Below the pieces are notes generated by a model. That model was not told where the DNA came from, ran no database searches, and was given only the letters and a program-made list of their open reading frames with translations. A DNA stretch of 64,000 bases. Source: Polymyxa betae A26-41. Taxonomy: Eukaryota; Protista; Endomyxa: Phytomyxea. Numbering within the stretch: the stretch's first letter is position 1; every line of letters starts with the position of its first letter. The DNA lies in the NCBI GenBank assembly GCA_003693705.1, contig RBZT01000721.1, forward strand, positions 65,313-129,312, in the 5' to 3' direction. Positions 10,652-24,349 of this stretch are shown here, in pieces. The translations under genes were made by a program, and so were the position numbers.

Positions 10652-13600
10652 ATGAGCCAAGGCGACTTGGACGAGAACGCTGCCGCCTTGGCTGATGTCT
10701 CCAAAAAGCTCGCCGATCTTCGCGAGCAGGTCCACGAGATGGTCTCGAAGCGGATGCCGGACGCGTCCAGGTTTAACGACATCCTGGACCAGTATCTGAT
10801 ACAACTAGAGCTTATCAACCAGAAGAATTTGGACCCTAGCGATTTACTAAATGAGATCGGAACATTAGAGGAGGTCATTGAACGAATGATGTTCAAAGCT
10901 AATACTCTAAAACCTGAAGAGAAAGAGATTCCTCATGATTCTAAGGTCCCTTGCTTTATGTCTTGGAAACCGCATGACTATACTTAGCTGCTGTACTTTA
11001 GATAAGTCCGGATACACTCAGCTTTCAGGTTATTGTTCACGTTCCAATCGCCATGAACGTCCAGGAGGTCACATTTGACCCTGTTCCGGCTTCCATGGAT
11101 ATTGGATACTTTCGGGAACAAATCGCCGATCTCATCGGTCTGGATCCGTTTTCTTTAGTCGTCAGATACAGGTGATATTAAATTCACATGATACTCGATT
11201 GCGTTTCACTTTACTCATTGATGGTAGAGGGAATTTTTGTTTCCCCTCTGAAGATTCAATAACTTTAGGAATGCTGATCGGCGATGTTAACATGAGAAAT
11301 GTTCAGCTGACGATTCTGACGGAAGCTGAAGCCGAAAAAATCGGCGTCATTCACGATTATAAGCAAGAGGTACAATCATCGTTTTCCAGTATTCCGTTGA
11401 ATGACGCTGTGGCTCTAGAAAAAGAAGCATGAAATGCTAAGTCCTACAATCACTCCACCGCAATCTTTCAGAATGGCAAGCTGCATTTTATATTTCATTT
11501 TTCGTTTGAAGTAATGTCCTGTGTGCTGTAGTCAAATGGAAGGAAGCGGAGCAGTATACCTGAATACATGGTGAACAAAGAACAGGTTCACCAATACGTA
11601 TTGGAACTCGAACGTGAGCAGCGTGAGCTGGAACAACTTAAAGACGATGCATCTGACTCTGACGATGGAATTAAGACGCCGCCTGAAAATCAGATTGTCT
11701 CCGATTCTCGTCTCGAGACGAATGCGGAAGATCATTCTAGCAAGGCTCCTGTTGCTGAAATTGTTGCTGCTAAATTGCCAGAGGAGGATCTGCCTCTACT
11801 TCCTCCGCCACCACCCCCTCCTTGTGGCGGTAATATTAAGCTCGTTTTTGTCTTTTCAAACGTTTGAAAGTTTTTAAGTGCCTCCTCCTCCACCACCACC
11901 GCCACCGCCTGGTCAGCCTTCTCTGGCTCTTGGTAAAAGGCTTCCGCCTGGTGCTGTTGAGTGCAGGAAATTACACTGGAAGACGCACAGTATAATGTAA
12001 GGAAGCTTTCCTCAAAAGATCATCGTACTGACCTTTCATAAGGTTCGACTCTTCAATTTTTGCAGCGCTGCCCACAATATCTTTCATTCCGAGATCAGTG
12101 GTCGAAGAGAGCTGGGCAAATTCAGTCAACCGATCGGTTTTAGTTCGTAAAGACAGTAGAAGCTCTGTTGATTCCGATAAGAAACCGAAGACCAAATACG
12201 ATCTGCCAGATATGAAGCAATCCGAGAATTTTGGAATCGTGTTGAAGAAGTAAGCTGATTCGCATCGATATGTTTATAGTTCAGTAACCCTTTTTGTCCA
12301 GTTCGCCTCCAATCGATCAGCTGGCTTCAGGTAGCTCCCTTCTACCAAAGAATGCCAACGTTTTGAATGCTGTTGTTCTCAGCTTTGCAATCTCTTGACG
12401 AGACTGTTATTAGTGGGGAAGTTTTAGCGCGAATTTTCCAGGCTCTTCCTCGTAAAGACGATATTGATTTCGTTTCGAGCATTTCTGAAGAACTAAACCA
12501 AAGTAATGCAAGTACTGCCGTTTTATACGTCAAGGTCGAATTGTCGTTACGCTTTGATACTGGTGCTAATCCTGCGTGCTTGTAGGCTTTATCATCGATT
12601 CCATTCTGGGAAATTCGCCTCCGAGGATGGAAAACATTGCGGGAGTTTGACGAAAGAGCAACGATGTTGAAAGAGACGATCATGATTCTTTCTGAAGCAA
12701 TGTCTTTCCTTCTCTCCAATGATTCTCTGAAATGGATGATCGCGGTTATTCTACAAGTCGGCAATGAAATGAATTTAAGCGCTGCCAGGGTTTTCAGAAT
12801 TGATTTCCTATCGAAGCTAAGTTCATATAAATGGTATGATGTTTTCGTCGCACCTCCGTCTCGCTTCTTACCACCTGCATGGCAGCATTGGACGTAACTC
12901 CAGCATGCTGGACTTCATCGTTAAGATCTTGGCAAAGCACGTCCCTCATGCGTTAGAGTTTCCGCAACAGGTAGCATCATAGGCTTGAGACGTTCGCCGT
13001 TCATAACGTTTTCTAAGTTGGGAGATCACTACCTGAAAGTATCCCGACGAACTTTACAGTCTGCATACAATGACGTCTCTGAATTGAACACTCTTGTCGA
13101 GCAACAGTTCAAGTCTGTGTCTCGTGTGTCCAGCCAATTGCCACCAGACGATCCTTTTCTACGTATTTACAACAAATTTGAAGAAGCAGCACAACATTGT
13201 CGTGAGCTTCTCTCACTGTATCAGAATTTGGAAGCAACCGCGCTCAAAGTCCTTAATTATTTTGAGCTTAATGTTGATTCCGCGACTGCCATGTTCAGTG
13301 AGATGAATCCGATTCCAGAGTCACAAAGGAGGCGCCAGGAGCAATTACAGCGCGAATCTAACCGAGTTTGGGAGCTCTCCAAAGCTGAAGATGCCGCGTC
13401 TTCGTTTATCGCGGCCGTAAAAGCGCGATCGGCATTCCAGTTGGGTCAGGCTAGTATCGAAGAACGACAACAAGCCATGAATGCTGCTCGAAAGCACCTC
13501 AATGAGTGGATGTCTTTGATCGAGACGGATTGTGAGTTATCCAAATCCAGCTCTTCTTCTGACGTTTCAAACAATGAGAAACTCTCTGAAGCTATTCGTC

Positions 13601-13854
13601 ATCTGTTCAGTTTCTTATGGGATTTCAGTGAGAAGTTCGCCAAATCAGTTAAAGTTCTAATCGAGCAGTCTTCTTCCAATAAGCCGTCATCAGCAGTCAA
13701 AAGCAGGGAGAGGAAGAAAAGGACGATTTCTCATTTAAGAAATGATGGTATCTCAGATACGATGCTGCTTGAAAAAACCATTGATAAGGCTCTCGCAAGG
13801 AGGCGGCTGCCGTCTCCTGCCCGATCTGATGATTCAGTATCAAGTTTCATATGA
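10652..13854 (+). CDS. Formin (FH1 polyproline + divergent FH2), multi-exon
   Basis: Polyproline runs at 11800-11910, RKLHWKT at the FH2 start, ILQVGNEMN...FRIDFLSKL, SMLDFIVK, LFSFLWDFSEKF. Confidence 0.8.
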
Positions 13855-14152
13855 TGTATATCTACATATCGTTGATCGATTTATTCAAGCTACTTAAATA
13901 TATCTATTTGTTAATTAAATATTCAATTGTTCCTTTGCTTTCATATTAATGGCTTGAAAACGTTCGCGGTCTTATAATCAATTTGTATCCATGTTTACAT
14001 TACATCTGTTGAGCACAATGTCATATATCTCTCGTTTATGTAGTTCAATGTTTGGAAATGGTTCCTGATCTTACGATCGCTCGATGTACAGTTGCGTTTC
14101 ATTGGTGAAAATAGATATCCGCTGTAATAGTCCTAATATTTAACCCCAGACA

Positions 14153-16414
14153 ATGAACGATTCGACACCATCATCAGATCGGGTCCTAAAGCTAGCACAA
14201 CATCTCGAGAACAGACCAACAGCCGAATCATTGATTGAGCACAATATCCTCAAATGTAAGGCAGGAGAGTGCTCCGAGGTAGGTTTGTCCTGAATGTGTC
14301 CCTAGCATTCCGAGCAGATCCAGCACTTCATGAAGTAATGCAAGCCCTGATCCGTACTCGTCGAGAAAAAGAACTCGGCGCCCTGCTGAAGAAACGACGC
14401 TCGCTCCAGGATCTCATTGACCGCAATATCATGGTTGGAGGCCCGCCCGGTGCACCAGAAGTCTGCAAAGCGCGCCAGGCGCTCCTAAAGCATTTTCGCC
14501 GACACCAGCTCAACACATTTCTCGAGAAACGCCCAACGCTATCAGACGTCGCCAAGCGTAACGTTCTCGAAGGTAACGTAACGCCGGCCGCTCTGCCCAA
14601 CGAATCGACACTCAGCGTGGCCATCAGACACGTTAATCTGGACTCGACTGGGACAACATGGGGTCCCGCCGTTGGCCCGTAACGGAGCGACGCTGACCTG
14701 TATCGACGATACGCTGTTCCTAATCGGCGGGTTCTGTGCCGAGGGCCGCCACTCCACCTACGATATCATGTGCTACAATGTGGCCTCGGAATCATGGACG
14801 CGGCCCATTTGTGCTGGTACGCCGGCGTCCCCGTCGTCGCGGCCATACCTGACCGTAAGATAGGCGCTCTGCCTTCAGATCGGTTCGCCCATAGCTGTTC
14901 CGTGGTCGGAAAGCAGCTGGTCCTATTCGGTGGGTGCAGCCCCGATGGGGTCTGGCTGAACGATGTTCATGTCCTTGATACCGAACACGAACAAGCCTTA
15001 CTCCCGAAACTCGACGTATTACGCAACCGATCCGATGCAGCATCCCACTGATGATCCGGATTCAGGGAACGAAACACAGCTGGAAGAAGAAGCTGCCGCC
15101 TCAGACCATGCTGTTATGGTATGCGCCAGAGGCAACCGGCGCACAGCCATGTCCCAGAGCAGCACATTCAGCCACGGTTGTTGGCACACGAGTATACGTC
15201 TTCGGTGGCAACGACGGTACACGACTGTAAGTGCCCATTCGATGAGGGCCGGCACGACGCGGCTTTTCACACCTGATCATCAGATTCAACGACCTGCACA
15301 TTCTCGAGGTCGAGACCATGGGCTGGTCGAAGCCGAAAGTTCGGGGGATGCCGCCCTCACCCCGTGCCGGTCATGGGGCCGCCCTTGTCGGCGACCACGA
15401 GCTGTATATCTTCGGGGGCGGTACGGCCCAGGGACCCAGCAACTCGCTGCACATCCTCGACCTGGAGACGCTGACCTGGTCGGAACCCACCGTCTTGGGG
15501 ACGCCGCCTAGCCCACGTGTTGGCCACAGTCTGCATGTACGAGCCTGCGATTTCGTTTCTCGATCACGTTACGATGGCGTTTCGTTGAGCTGACACGCCG
15601 ACGCAGGTGCTAATGGGCCCCAGCCCGATGCTGTTGGTGTTCGCTGGCGGTACGATGGAGAAGCTGTACGACGATCTGCATGTGTTCGGCTGCCAGACGC
15701 GACAATGGTCCCGGCCCAGTGATACTGGCTCGGGTTAGGGTTTTAGGGTTTCGGGACTTGGTTGTGTTCTCAACGACGCTTGCAGTTCCGGTAGCACGCA
15801 CGGGCCATTCTAGTTGTCTGGTTCGCGACCAGCAATCGAATCGCGAATCCATCTACTTCTTCGGTGGTGCTGGTCCACAGGGACAGCTCTATAACGACCT
15901 GTATCTGCTGGATTGCGATTTCATTAGCGTCGCTTCGTAAGAGCATTGGCATAGGTTCAGCTCAATGCTTGAGAGAATATTGCAGATTGTCGGAGATTGG
16001 GTCCGATGGCGATCTAATCAAAGACAAACTCTCGCCCTCTGCAAGCTCAGTCTTAGATGGTGATAAATACCAACATGGTCCATTATGGGCCGAGAAGGTC
16101 AGTTGGGTGCGTGAATACACAATCTCCGATCTGATCGAAATGGAAAGGTGAATATGACAAGGGAGCGGATTAACGGCCTAATGACGGACGTCAAGAAGAA
16201 AATCGATTTGGCGCAAGAGGATGCTTTGCAGAAGGAGAAGCAACTGGTTGGGTCCATCGAGGTAATATTTACTATAGTGACGGTGTATGTAAAGTTAAGT
16301 GGCTGCCTGCAGAGATCTTTCACGGAGCTGCGAGCCGAGGTCGACGCCCTGACGGTGTTTGTTCGCACTGAGCTTGACAATCTACTGGGCCAACAACATC
16401 AGGAGCTTTTTTGA
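14153..16414 (+). CDS. RPEL-repeat + Kelch-repeat protein with C-terminal coiled coil
   Basis: Three RPEL-like motifs (LAQHLENRPTAESLIEHNIL; LGALLKKRRSLQDLIDRNIM; LNTFLEKRPTLSDVAKRNVL), then about six Kelch repeats (PSDRFAHS..LFGG, PCPRAAHS..VFGG, PSPRAGH..IFGG, PSPRVGH, PVARTGH..FFGG). Confidence 0.85.
15734..15754 (+). repeat. Telomere-like array at the 5' end of an RPEL-Kelch intron (15734-15785)
   Basis: TCGG|gttagggttttagggtttcggg...tgcag|TTCCG restores WSRPSDTGSVPVARTGH. Confidence 0.8.
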
Positions 16415-16641
16415 TAATACACAGCGTGCTTCTCTCCCTGTATCATTGCCCGGATGATCGGCGAAACATTACAGTACCGAGCAGAGGACAACCATAAACA
16501 GCGCGCAAATTCGGGCAATTCACGACTGATCGAGTTGTCAGGGCCGATTATAGATTCTTGACCACGATCGGGGTGGGATGCAGCACGACACAGCAGACCT
16601 GGTACGACCTCCCATTTAGCTAACGCTGAATCTCTGCTTTC

Positions 16642-17643
16642 ATGCCGGGCCCGCATGCCGGCGACCAGGACGAGCCCATGCTGCAGGACAACCCGAATCG
16701 TTTCGTCATCTATCCGGTCCAGCACGCCGAGATCTGGGCCATGTACAAGAAACACGTCGCATCGTTCTGGACGCCGGCCGAGATCGATCTTTCGGGGGAC
16801 GCCGACGACTGGGCCCAGCTGACGGGCGGCGAGCGCCATTTCGTCCAGAACGTGTTGGCGTTCTTCGCGGCCAGCGACGGCATCGTCCTGGAGAATCTAG
16901 CAGCCCGCTTTCTGAACGACGTTCAATGGCCGGAGGCGCGCTGCTTCTACGGGTTCCAGGTCGCCATGGAGAACATGCATTCGGAGACGTACGCGCTCTT
17001 GATCGACACTTACGTTCGCGACCCGGTACAGAAAGACGCCCTGTTTCGGGCGATCGACACAATCCCGTGCGTGAAGCGCAAAGCCGAATGGGCCCTGAAA
17101 TGGATCAGCTCAGAGTGCTCGTTCGCGACCCGATTGGTGGCGTTCGCCGCCGTCGAAGGCGTGTTCTTCAGCGGGTCGTTCTGTGCGATTTTCTGGCTGA
17201 AGAAGCGCGGCCTAATGCAAGGGCTTTGCTTCAGCAACGAACTGATTTCACGCGACGAGGGCCTGCATACCGATTTCGCTTGTCTTCTGCATTCGATGTT
17301 AAAGCATCGGCTGGATAGCGAGACGATCACGAATATTATTACAGAGGGCGTCAAAATAGAGAAAGAATTCGTGTGCGAATCGCTCCCAGTCGATCTGATC
17401 GGCATGAACTCGAAGCTGATGTCGCAATATATCGAATATGTCGCTGATCGACTCTTAACGTCGCTGAATGTCGAGAGACATTTTAAGGCCGAGAATCCGT
17501 TTGAATGGATGGATATGATTTCGCTGCCGGGAAAGACGAACTTCTTCGAGAAACGGGTAAGTGATTATCAGAGGGCCGGCGTCATGGCCAGCATGATGAA
17601 TGGATCGACCAGACCTCGGTTCGTCCTGGACGAGGACTTTTGA
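16642..17643 (+). CDS. RNR2: Ribonucleoside-diphosphate reductase small subunit (class Ia R2), intronless
   Basis: [57 protein letters not shown]-terminal FVLDEDF. Confidence 0.97.
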   Translation: MPGPHAGDQDEPMLQDNPNRFVIYPVQHAEIWAMYKKHVASFWTPAEIDLSGDADDWAQLTGGERHFVQNVLAFFAASDGIVLENLAARFLNDVQWPEARCFYGFQVAMENMHSETYALLIDTYVRDPVQKDALFRAIDTIPCVKRKAEWALKWISSECSFATRLVAFAAVEGVFFSGSFCAIFWLKKRGLMQGLCFSNELISRDEGLHTDFACLLHSMLKHRLDSETITNIITEGVKIEKEFVCESLPVDLIGMNSKLMSQYIEYVADRLLTSLNVERHFKAENPFEWMDMISLPGKTNFFEKRVSDYQRAGVMASMMNGSTRPRFVLDEDF

Positions 17644-18229
17644 AGCCGCCGTCAATGTTTCTTTCAGTTGCATAAAAACCTCCTTTATTTGCTAATATCG
17701 ATCAGCTTAGAGAGGACCCAATCGATATTCTAACCATTGGTGAGAATTCAGAACGCCTAATGGTGGGTAATCCTGACACCAGGCTACCATCCATGAGCTC
17801 TTGTCTCAATTGCTCTCATGCCTTGATTTGCTGTGGCACAAAATGCCATATACTTCAAAATGCCTAACAGTTGGGCACCGCTAACGCCAGGGGGCCACCA
17901 GTGACGATAGTCTCTATGATGAACAACGGCTGAAGCTGTCTTGCCCTCGACGACGTTAACAGATGAGCCCTGCCGACAGCTCGCTATCCTGTCTGTCTCT
18001 ATGGCTTTATAAACAATGACACATTCTGTGTCGGCTAAAAAGGGAATGAAACGTAACCCGATTGTCATTGCCTCTATCAGCTCTCTCTCGCTCTATGGCT
18101 TTACCATAACAATGGTATCGTGACAAATGAGAGAGAACCTGTAAGAAGGAACTGAAACATTATCGACTGTCATCAAGTGCAAAATTTCCGTTCTCTAATG
18201 CGCTTATTTGAATTTCTTCGTCGTCACAG

Positions 18230-21200
18230 ATGTTTGCATTGCCAGCTGTGGCGTTGACGGCCGCAGGTGCGGTCACATACCTGTCCCGACCGAAGCCGAT
18301 CCCGGTCAGGTCGGCGGCTGCCAACCCTGATCCGGATACGCTGTCGCAGTATGCATCCGATAGAGACCAATTTTGGTCGGTCAATGAAGACGCCGAAATG
18401 CCAGTTTTCCTTGCTAAAAAAGGGTATCGTACTTGTTCTTGATGGCAACGGGGTTTCATGTTTGAACCCTTCAGGCTTGCCGCTAAGGAACCCATCACGA
18501 TTCTCGAATTGATGGACCTATCGGTTGCGAATTTCCCTGACGAAGCTGCTATGAAAGTCCAAGAGAAAGTAAACGACCTTCTGCAGGTTCCTCACCCTCA
18601 CATTCCTGATCATCATTTGTGAAGAACGCCAATGGCGACCTGGAATGGGTTGACATGACCTGGTCCGAGTACCACGACAATATTCTGAAGGCGGCACGAG
18701 CACTCCTGCATCTTGGTCTGGAGCGATTCGGTTCGATCTGTATCGTTGGGTTTAACCGTCCGGAATGGTTGGATATTGTTTCGCTTCATCATGAAACTGC
18801 TTAACATTTCGAGTAGGTTTATTGCTTATATGGGTGCTATATGGTGCGGTGCCAAAGGTGTCGGAATCTAGTAATCTAACTGTCAATTCTAAATCATCAC
18901 ATTGATATGCCGCAAAGCCCATCGAACAGTCCCGAATCGTCCGGTTATATCGCTTCCCATTGCAAAGCGAAAGTTGTCGTTGCAGAAGACTGGAGCCAGG
19001 TATTTTCGAATTGTGGTAAAATGTGCCCGAATACTGAACAGCCAACGGTAGATCAAGAAATTCATTGCTGTTAAAGATCAGCTGAAAGATGTCTCTGCGT
19101 TCGTAGTTTATAAGGTCGGATGCGTTAGAGACTGTCGCCTCCTTATAGTTTCCTTAATTTGACTGTAGGATATCTCTGCAGAGAACCTGGCTGAAGCCAA
19201 CCAGCACAAACCGACCTATACATGGGCCGAGTTCCTACAACTCGGTGAAGGCAAACGCGATCTCGATAAAATGCTTGATTCGCGAATGTCGCAGATTAAG
19301 CCGGGTCATGTCTGCTCGCTGATTTACACATCGGGAACTACTGGCCCACCAAAAGCCACTATGGGTCGGTGCCGCTCCTGGCCGAAAAATTACCCCGAAC
19401 TTGATTTGCTGTTACAGTGACACACGATTCGATCATCTTTATGGCGTATGAGATTGCTGATGTCCTCCCTGAAGCTTTCAGTCATCACGAACGTCTCGTA
19501 TCATATCTGTAAGTTTATTCAGGAGAATCACTAATTGGTACGTTAATTTTTCGGTCTTAGACCTCTAAGCCATATTGCAGCCCAAATCATCGATGGTGTG
19601 TTAAGATGTAACTCTGTTCAAAAATCGTGTTCATCATGGAACAGGTTTCGCTCCTTTATTACTGAATGCTTATGGTTCTAAACCGGCTACTCTATGGTTT
19701 GCCCGCCCAGATGCACTGAAAGGTTTATTGCTGGCTCTGCTTTCTCCTTTGTTGCTTACTGGATAACCAGGATCACTTCCGGAAACAATGGCTGCAGCAC
19801 GACCTACCATGTTTTTTGTAAGTGATTCCATTGAATGGTTGCTTGCTCTGAAACTGGGTTGGTTTAGGGTGTACCTCGTGTTTGGGTGCGTTATCGCTCG
19901 ACAAAACTTCTGCAGGTTCGCTCATAACGATACAGGAAAAATTCTCCGAAAAGCTTCAAATAACGGAGAGCAAGGCCACTGGCGTTCAGAAGCAATTACT
20001 TAACTGGGCCAAATCGATCGGTGTTCAACGATATCTGGATGGAGGTGCCACGGGTAGCCACTATACGCCATGGTTCGAAAATATCGCAGAACTGCTTGTG
20101 TTCTCCAAGGTCCGAGCCAAAATTGGTCTTGACAGGTCTACAAAGATCGCTTCGTTATAGAGATGAGACTAATAACAGGTTTTAGGTGCCGAATTTTTGC
20201 AACAGGAGCCGCTCCTATTCATTTAGAAACGCTCGAACATCTTGCTTCATTCGGCATTCGGATCAATGAGCTGTATGGAATGTCAGAATGTGCTGGGGCG
20301 TGCACGATGAACTACTTAGACTCATATTTGCCGGGATCTGTTGGTCGTGCTCTTCCGGGCATTGAAATAAAGATTCATCACGTTCCTGGTAGAGACAAAC
20401 CTGGAGAAGGTACATTGACTAAGCAAGTGGAGTCCATGTCGACCAAAACTTGTATGTAGGGGAATTTTGCCTTCGTGGCAGGAACGTCATGGCAGGGTCG
20501 GAATTCTGTTTCATATACTTGTATATATCATTTACATGTGAACAGATATATGGCGGATCCAGAGAAGACGAAGGACGTGATCGATTCCAAAGGGTTCTTG
20601 CATTCTGGGTAAGTTATGTATTAGCGGTCTGTTGTTGGACTGAGAGTCTTCAGAGATCTGGGACGCTTGGATGAGCATGGCTTCTACCACATTGTAGGCC
20701 GTATTAAAGAATTAATTATCACGTACTCACTTATTTTGTACGGTTTCTAGTTTTATTCTTAATATCTAATTCAGGGCCGGAGGAGAAAATATTGCACCTG
20801 TACCTGTTGAATCAGCTATCAAAACCCAATGCCCTGGATTGGCCCATATTGTTATGATTGGGGACAAGAAAAAATACAATGTCGTTTTGTAGGTTTTCGA
20901 TCTTCAAAGTTGGTACATAGACCTAATCCTTTTTTCCAGGGTCACACTCAAGAGCAAGATCAATTCTGATGGGACTCCATCTCAGGAGCTTGAAGGCGAT
21001 GCCTTGTCAGTGAACCCTTCAGTTCACACTGTGAAAGACGCCATGAATGATGCTGTCTGGAAAAAATACATTACTGATGGCATTGCTGCAGTAAATGCAA
21101 ATGTGAGCGTGTTGGTTTGACTGAATGCCTATATCTGAGCTGTAATTCAGGCTGTCTCGAATGCATCTAAAGTTCAAAAGTTTCGCATTCTCCCTGTGGA

Positions 21201-21350
21201 TTTCAGTGTCCCAGGAGGGGAATTAACTCCCTCATTAAAAGTCTGCCGACCCGCGTCAGTCTGATCACCTTCACTAATCATGGCATACTTATTCTCTTTA
21301 GAATAATTACTAAGTACAAGGACGTGATTGAGCAAATGTTTAAGGAATGA
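18230..21350 (+). CDS. Long-chain fatty acyl-CoA ligase, bubblegum (ACSBG) type, many introns
   Basis: IVGFNRPEW, LIYTSGTTGPPK, SYLPLSHIA, GVPRVWEK, ELYGMSE, GRIKELIITAGGENIAP, DFSVPGGELTPSLK. Confidence 0.92.
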
Positions 21351-21427
21351 TAAGCAATTGTTTCACTTTGGAAAATAGATAATGGCTTTGAACACGAGTT
21401 TTATAGTTAAAATGAAGTTGACTTTTG

Positions 21428-24010
21428 CTAAGAGGTTGGTTCTACTGGAGTATTAGACGCTCTTCGAGAGGTCGAAATTATGAAGACGTGTTTGGCAGTG
21501 ACGTTGTAGTAACCTGTATGGTACCGGATCTCGTAGACACCTACTGATTTGGGCATTTTCTCAATTGGGAATTCGATGTCACCACAGCAGGTTTCTGTGT
21601 TCGGTACGAACACCCAGCGTCCCCTGGACAAACCTGGGGCAGATTCCACATCTGCTTTATATATTCCAACCCAGTCGGATTCAGGGTGCGGACCGTTAGT
21701 TCTCCACGAGCATCTAAGAGACGTATTGAGCGGGATGGCCTCTGGGCAGGAAATCCAAGATGAAGTATTGGACGAATTTTTTGAAAACTGCCGATTGGCT
21801 AGACGTTTGTAGATCATGAATATTTCTTGAATCGCACGTTCTTCAATACGTTCGGCTTCAGAAACAAGCTGGTCGGATAGCTGATCCCGAACAATATTCC
21901 GCAATAATGATCCAGCAGGTGTATGCTGAAACGAAGAATCAGCCAACTGAGCCAAGACAAGAGAAGCTGCCTTACCTGACGTATCATCCCGGAATATATC
22001 TTCTCCATATGTGGAACTTCAACGACTTTGATGAAAACAAAATTCAGTGCTTGGGCTGTCAGTGCTAGCCAGAAGACGGTCCATGATTGAGTTATCAACG
22101 CAAGACCATGCAAACCAGCATATCCTGTAACGCATTCTGGATTGTTCAGGAAACGATATATTCCCCTTTTTTGACACGTTACTGGGTGCTGATGAACGTG
22201 AGCGACAACTAAGACATACATATATCGGGTTTGAAATTTGTAGAACTCTCTCGGTATAAAGAAATCTCCATAAAATGTACCGAATTCGCCCAGAACTTGA
22301 TATGACGAGACGGTACTGTAGGTTGTGACGAATATTAGAGCTAATCCACCTGTAATACTCGCAATCCAGCCAGCTGTCACTTCCGAGAATGACTGTGGAA
22401 TCCAGCATAGTCGGAACGCACAAGCTGTCTATACATGTAACGTTAAGCAATGGTAAGAATACATTTTCAGCTTGCCTTACAAAAGCAACCAGATATGAAG
22501 TTCGGCTGGAATTATACAGTATCTTCCAATGACTACAGGTATATTAATGAAAAGTTGAGACAATATAAACATGCTTACGAAAAAGCAATATGAAGTGAGA
22601 ATCCTTGTGAAAGAAAATGCTCATTCCACCACCCGGTTTTACTGACAAAGATGTAAGAGTGATTCTGTTTCTGTATTTTTTCCCAACCTTTGGCGTCGAA
22701 GAAGTGTTCCAATGCTGATCCAATGAGCAAGCAGCCAGAACAGCGCATGAGCAACACAGGCTGTTCTTGAAGGCAGCAAACATGTTACGGTGATCATATA
22801 ACCAATAATAACAACAAGCGATAGGTCGTTAGGACGAAGGAGGTCAAGTCGAAGGAGCAAGATTGCATCGGATTTCCGAGGAAACAACCCTTCGACAGGA
22901 TCGTAAAGAATTGGATCGACTGAATCACTTGGATTTTCATGCGCTCCATCTGAACAGATTGAGTTTCAATGGTTGTCAAGAGAAGAAAGCCTACATATGC
23001 GGTCGATATGAGGGTTCTCAACAAAGACTAAAAACCCGATCTGCAGCATATGGGCTATCAGAGAGATAATAAGCACAGTGTCTACGAGTAAGAAGTTAGA
23101 CAAAGTCAAAGCAAGGAGCAATAGCACGTTACATGACCGCGATAACAATGCCAATCCGTAATACAAGGCGTATCCAGCTGTGTACATTGGATGCGGCACT
23201 ATAGCTACAAGATAGGTCAGAAACGGCAAGGTACGATAAAAGCATCGTACCAAAGATACCATCAAATGTTAGCTTTTGATCGAGAATGAAGAAGGTATCA
23301 CCCCAGTACCAGCTGTAGTCTATAACGAAACTTCAAAACGGAGTTAAGAATGGTTGATTCCTACCTCCAATGCACCGATGAGCGTCAACTTTTGCCCAGT
23401 AATTGAATGCAGCCAAAAGAATGCCAAGAAAGTATTGCAACATTTCAAGCAGGCCAAGATGTTGAGGTAAGGTCCAGCATTTGAGAACCAGGATAATATA
23501 TGATAAACCGTCGTTGCATAAAATGATATCAACAATAAATCGGAATGCCACCCAAGCATTAAAACAATCAGGGTATTTTGAGGGATCGAAATCCTTGATA
23601 TGCGACATTCTCCCGCGAATAATCCACAAAATCGCCTTCGAAGTTTTGGACTCTCGGTTCTGAAGATGTTTCGTAATGAATTTCGTAATGGAGCGATAGT
23701 TGCTTTGATAATGGAGAGCGACCCCCAAGCCAATATTATACGACAAACGGAAGAAAGCGAAAATCGCAATCGCAACAGCAGTTGACGTCGGGATAAGGAA
23801 AGCAGATACAGTATTGACCAGCATCATCAAGACAACAATGAGTGTAGGCCCGGACCAAAGAAACGGCGACGTCAACGAATCATATACCGACAGGGTGGGT
23901 GGCACCTCGAACGTGTTCTTCTGGTCATCGAACCCGCGCCTGAAGCCAGATTCGGATGCATCAGGGTCGGTTGAAAGCGGGGCGATTCGGCGCCGAAGTT
24001 CGGCCGTCAT
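21428..24010 (-). CDS. CHO2: Phosphatidylethanolamine N-methyltransferase, Cho2/PEM1 type (two PEMT modules + C-terminal SKICH-like domain)
   Basis: [97 protein letters not shown]. Confidence 0.87.
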
Positions 24011-24349
24011 TGTATAATATGACAATACCAAGTGAGCTACCTATCTAGTCATAAATCACAGCGAGATTCTTCGTCTGCGCACTGTTGCTACACTTAGGCG
24101 ACAAAGAGTATTTGATAATTCAGCCTGACCAAGCTCTCGTTTCGTCGTTAACCGGCACGCGAACTATACATTGAAAGGTCCCAACTGGATACAGTTTTGA
24201 CCAATTATCGCGGTCACGTGATGCACAAGGAATTGCGAGTAAAAAAGCCATTAAAGGTGGAAAACAAAGGCGTGGGCGCTGGGGAGACACAATCAACACC
24301 TGCATGACGAGAAGAAGGAGTTCATAACAATGAAGGAGAGGTGACTAGA

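Noticed and set aside
17770-18125. Possible LTR remnant (TGACA/TGTCA ends, duplicated ctctatggcttta, tggtatc PBS-like)
   Set aside because: No TSD and ambiguous boundaries.
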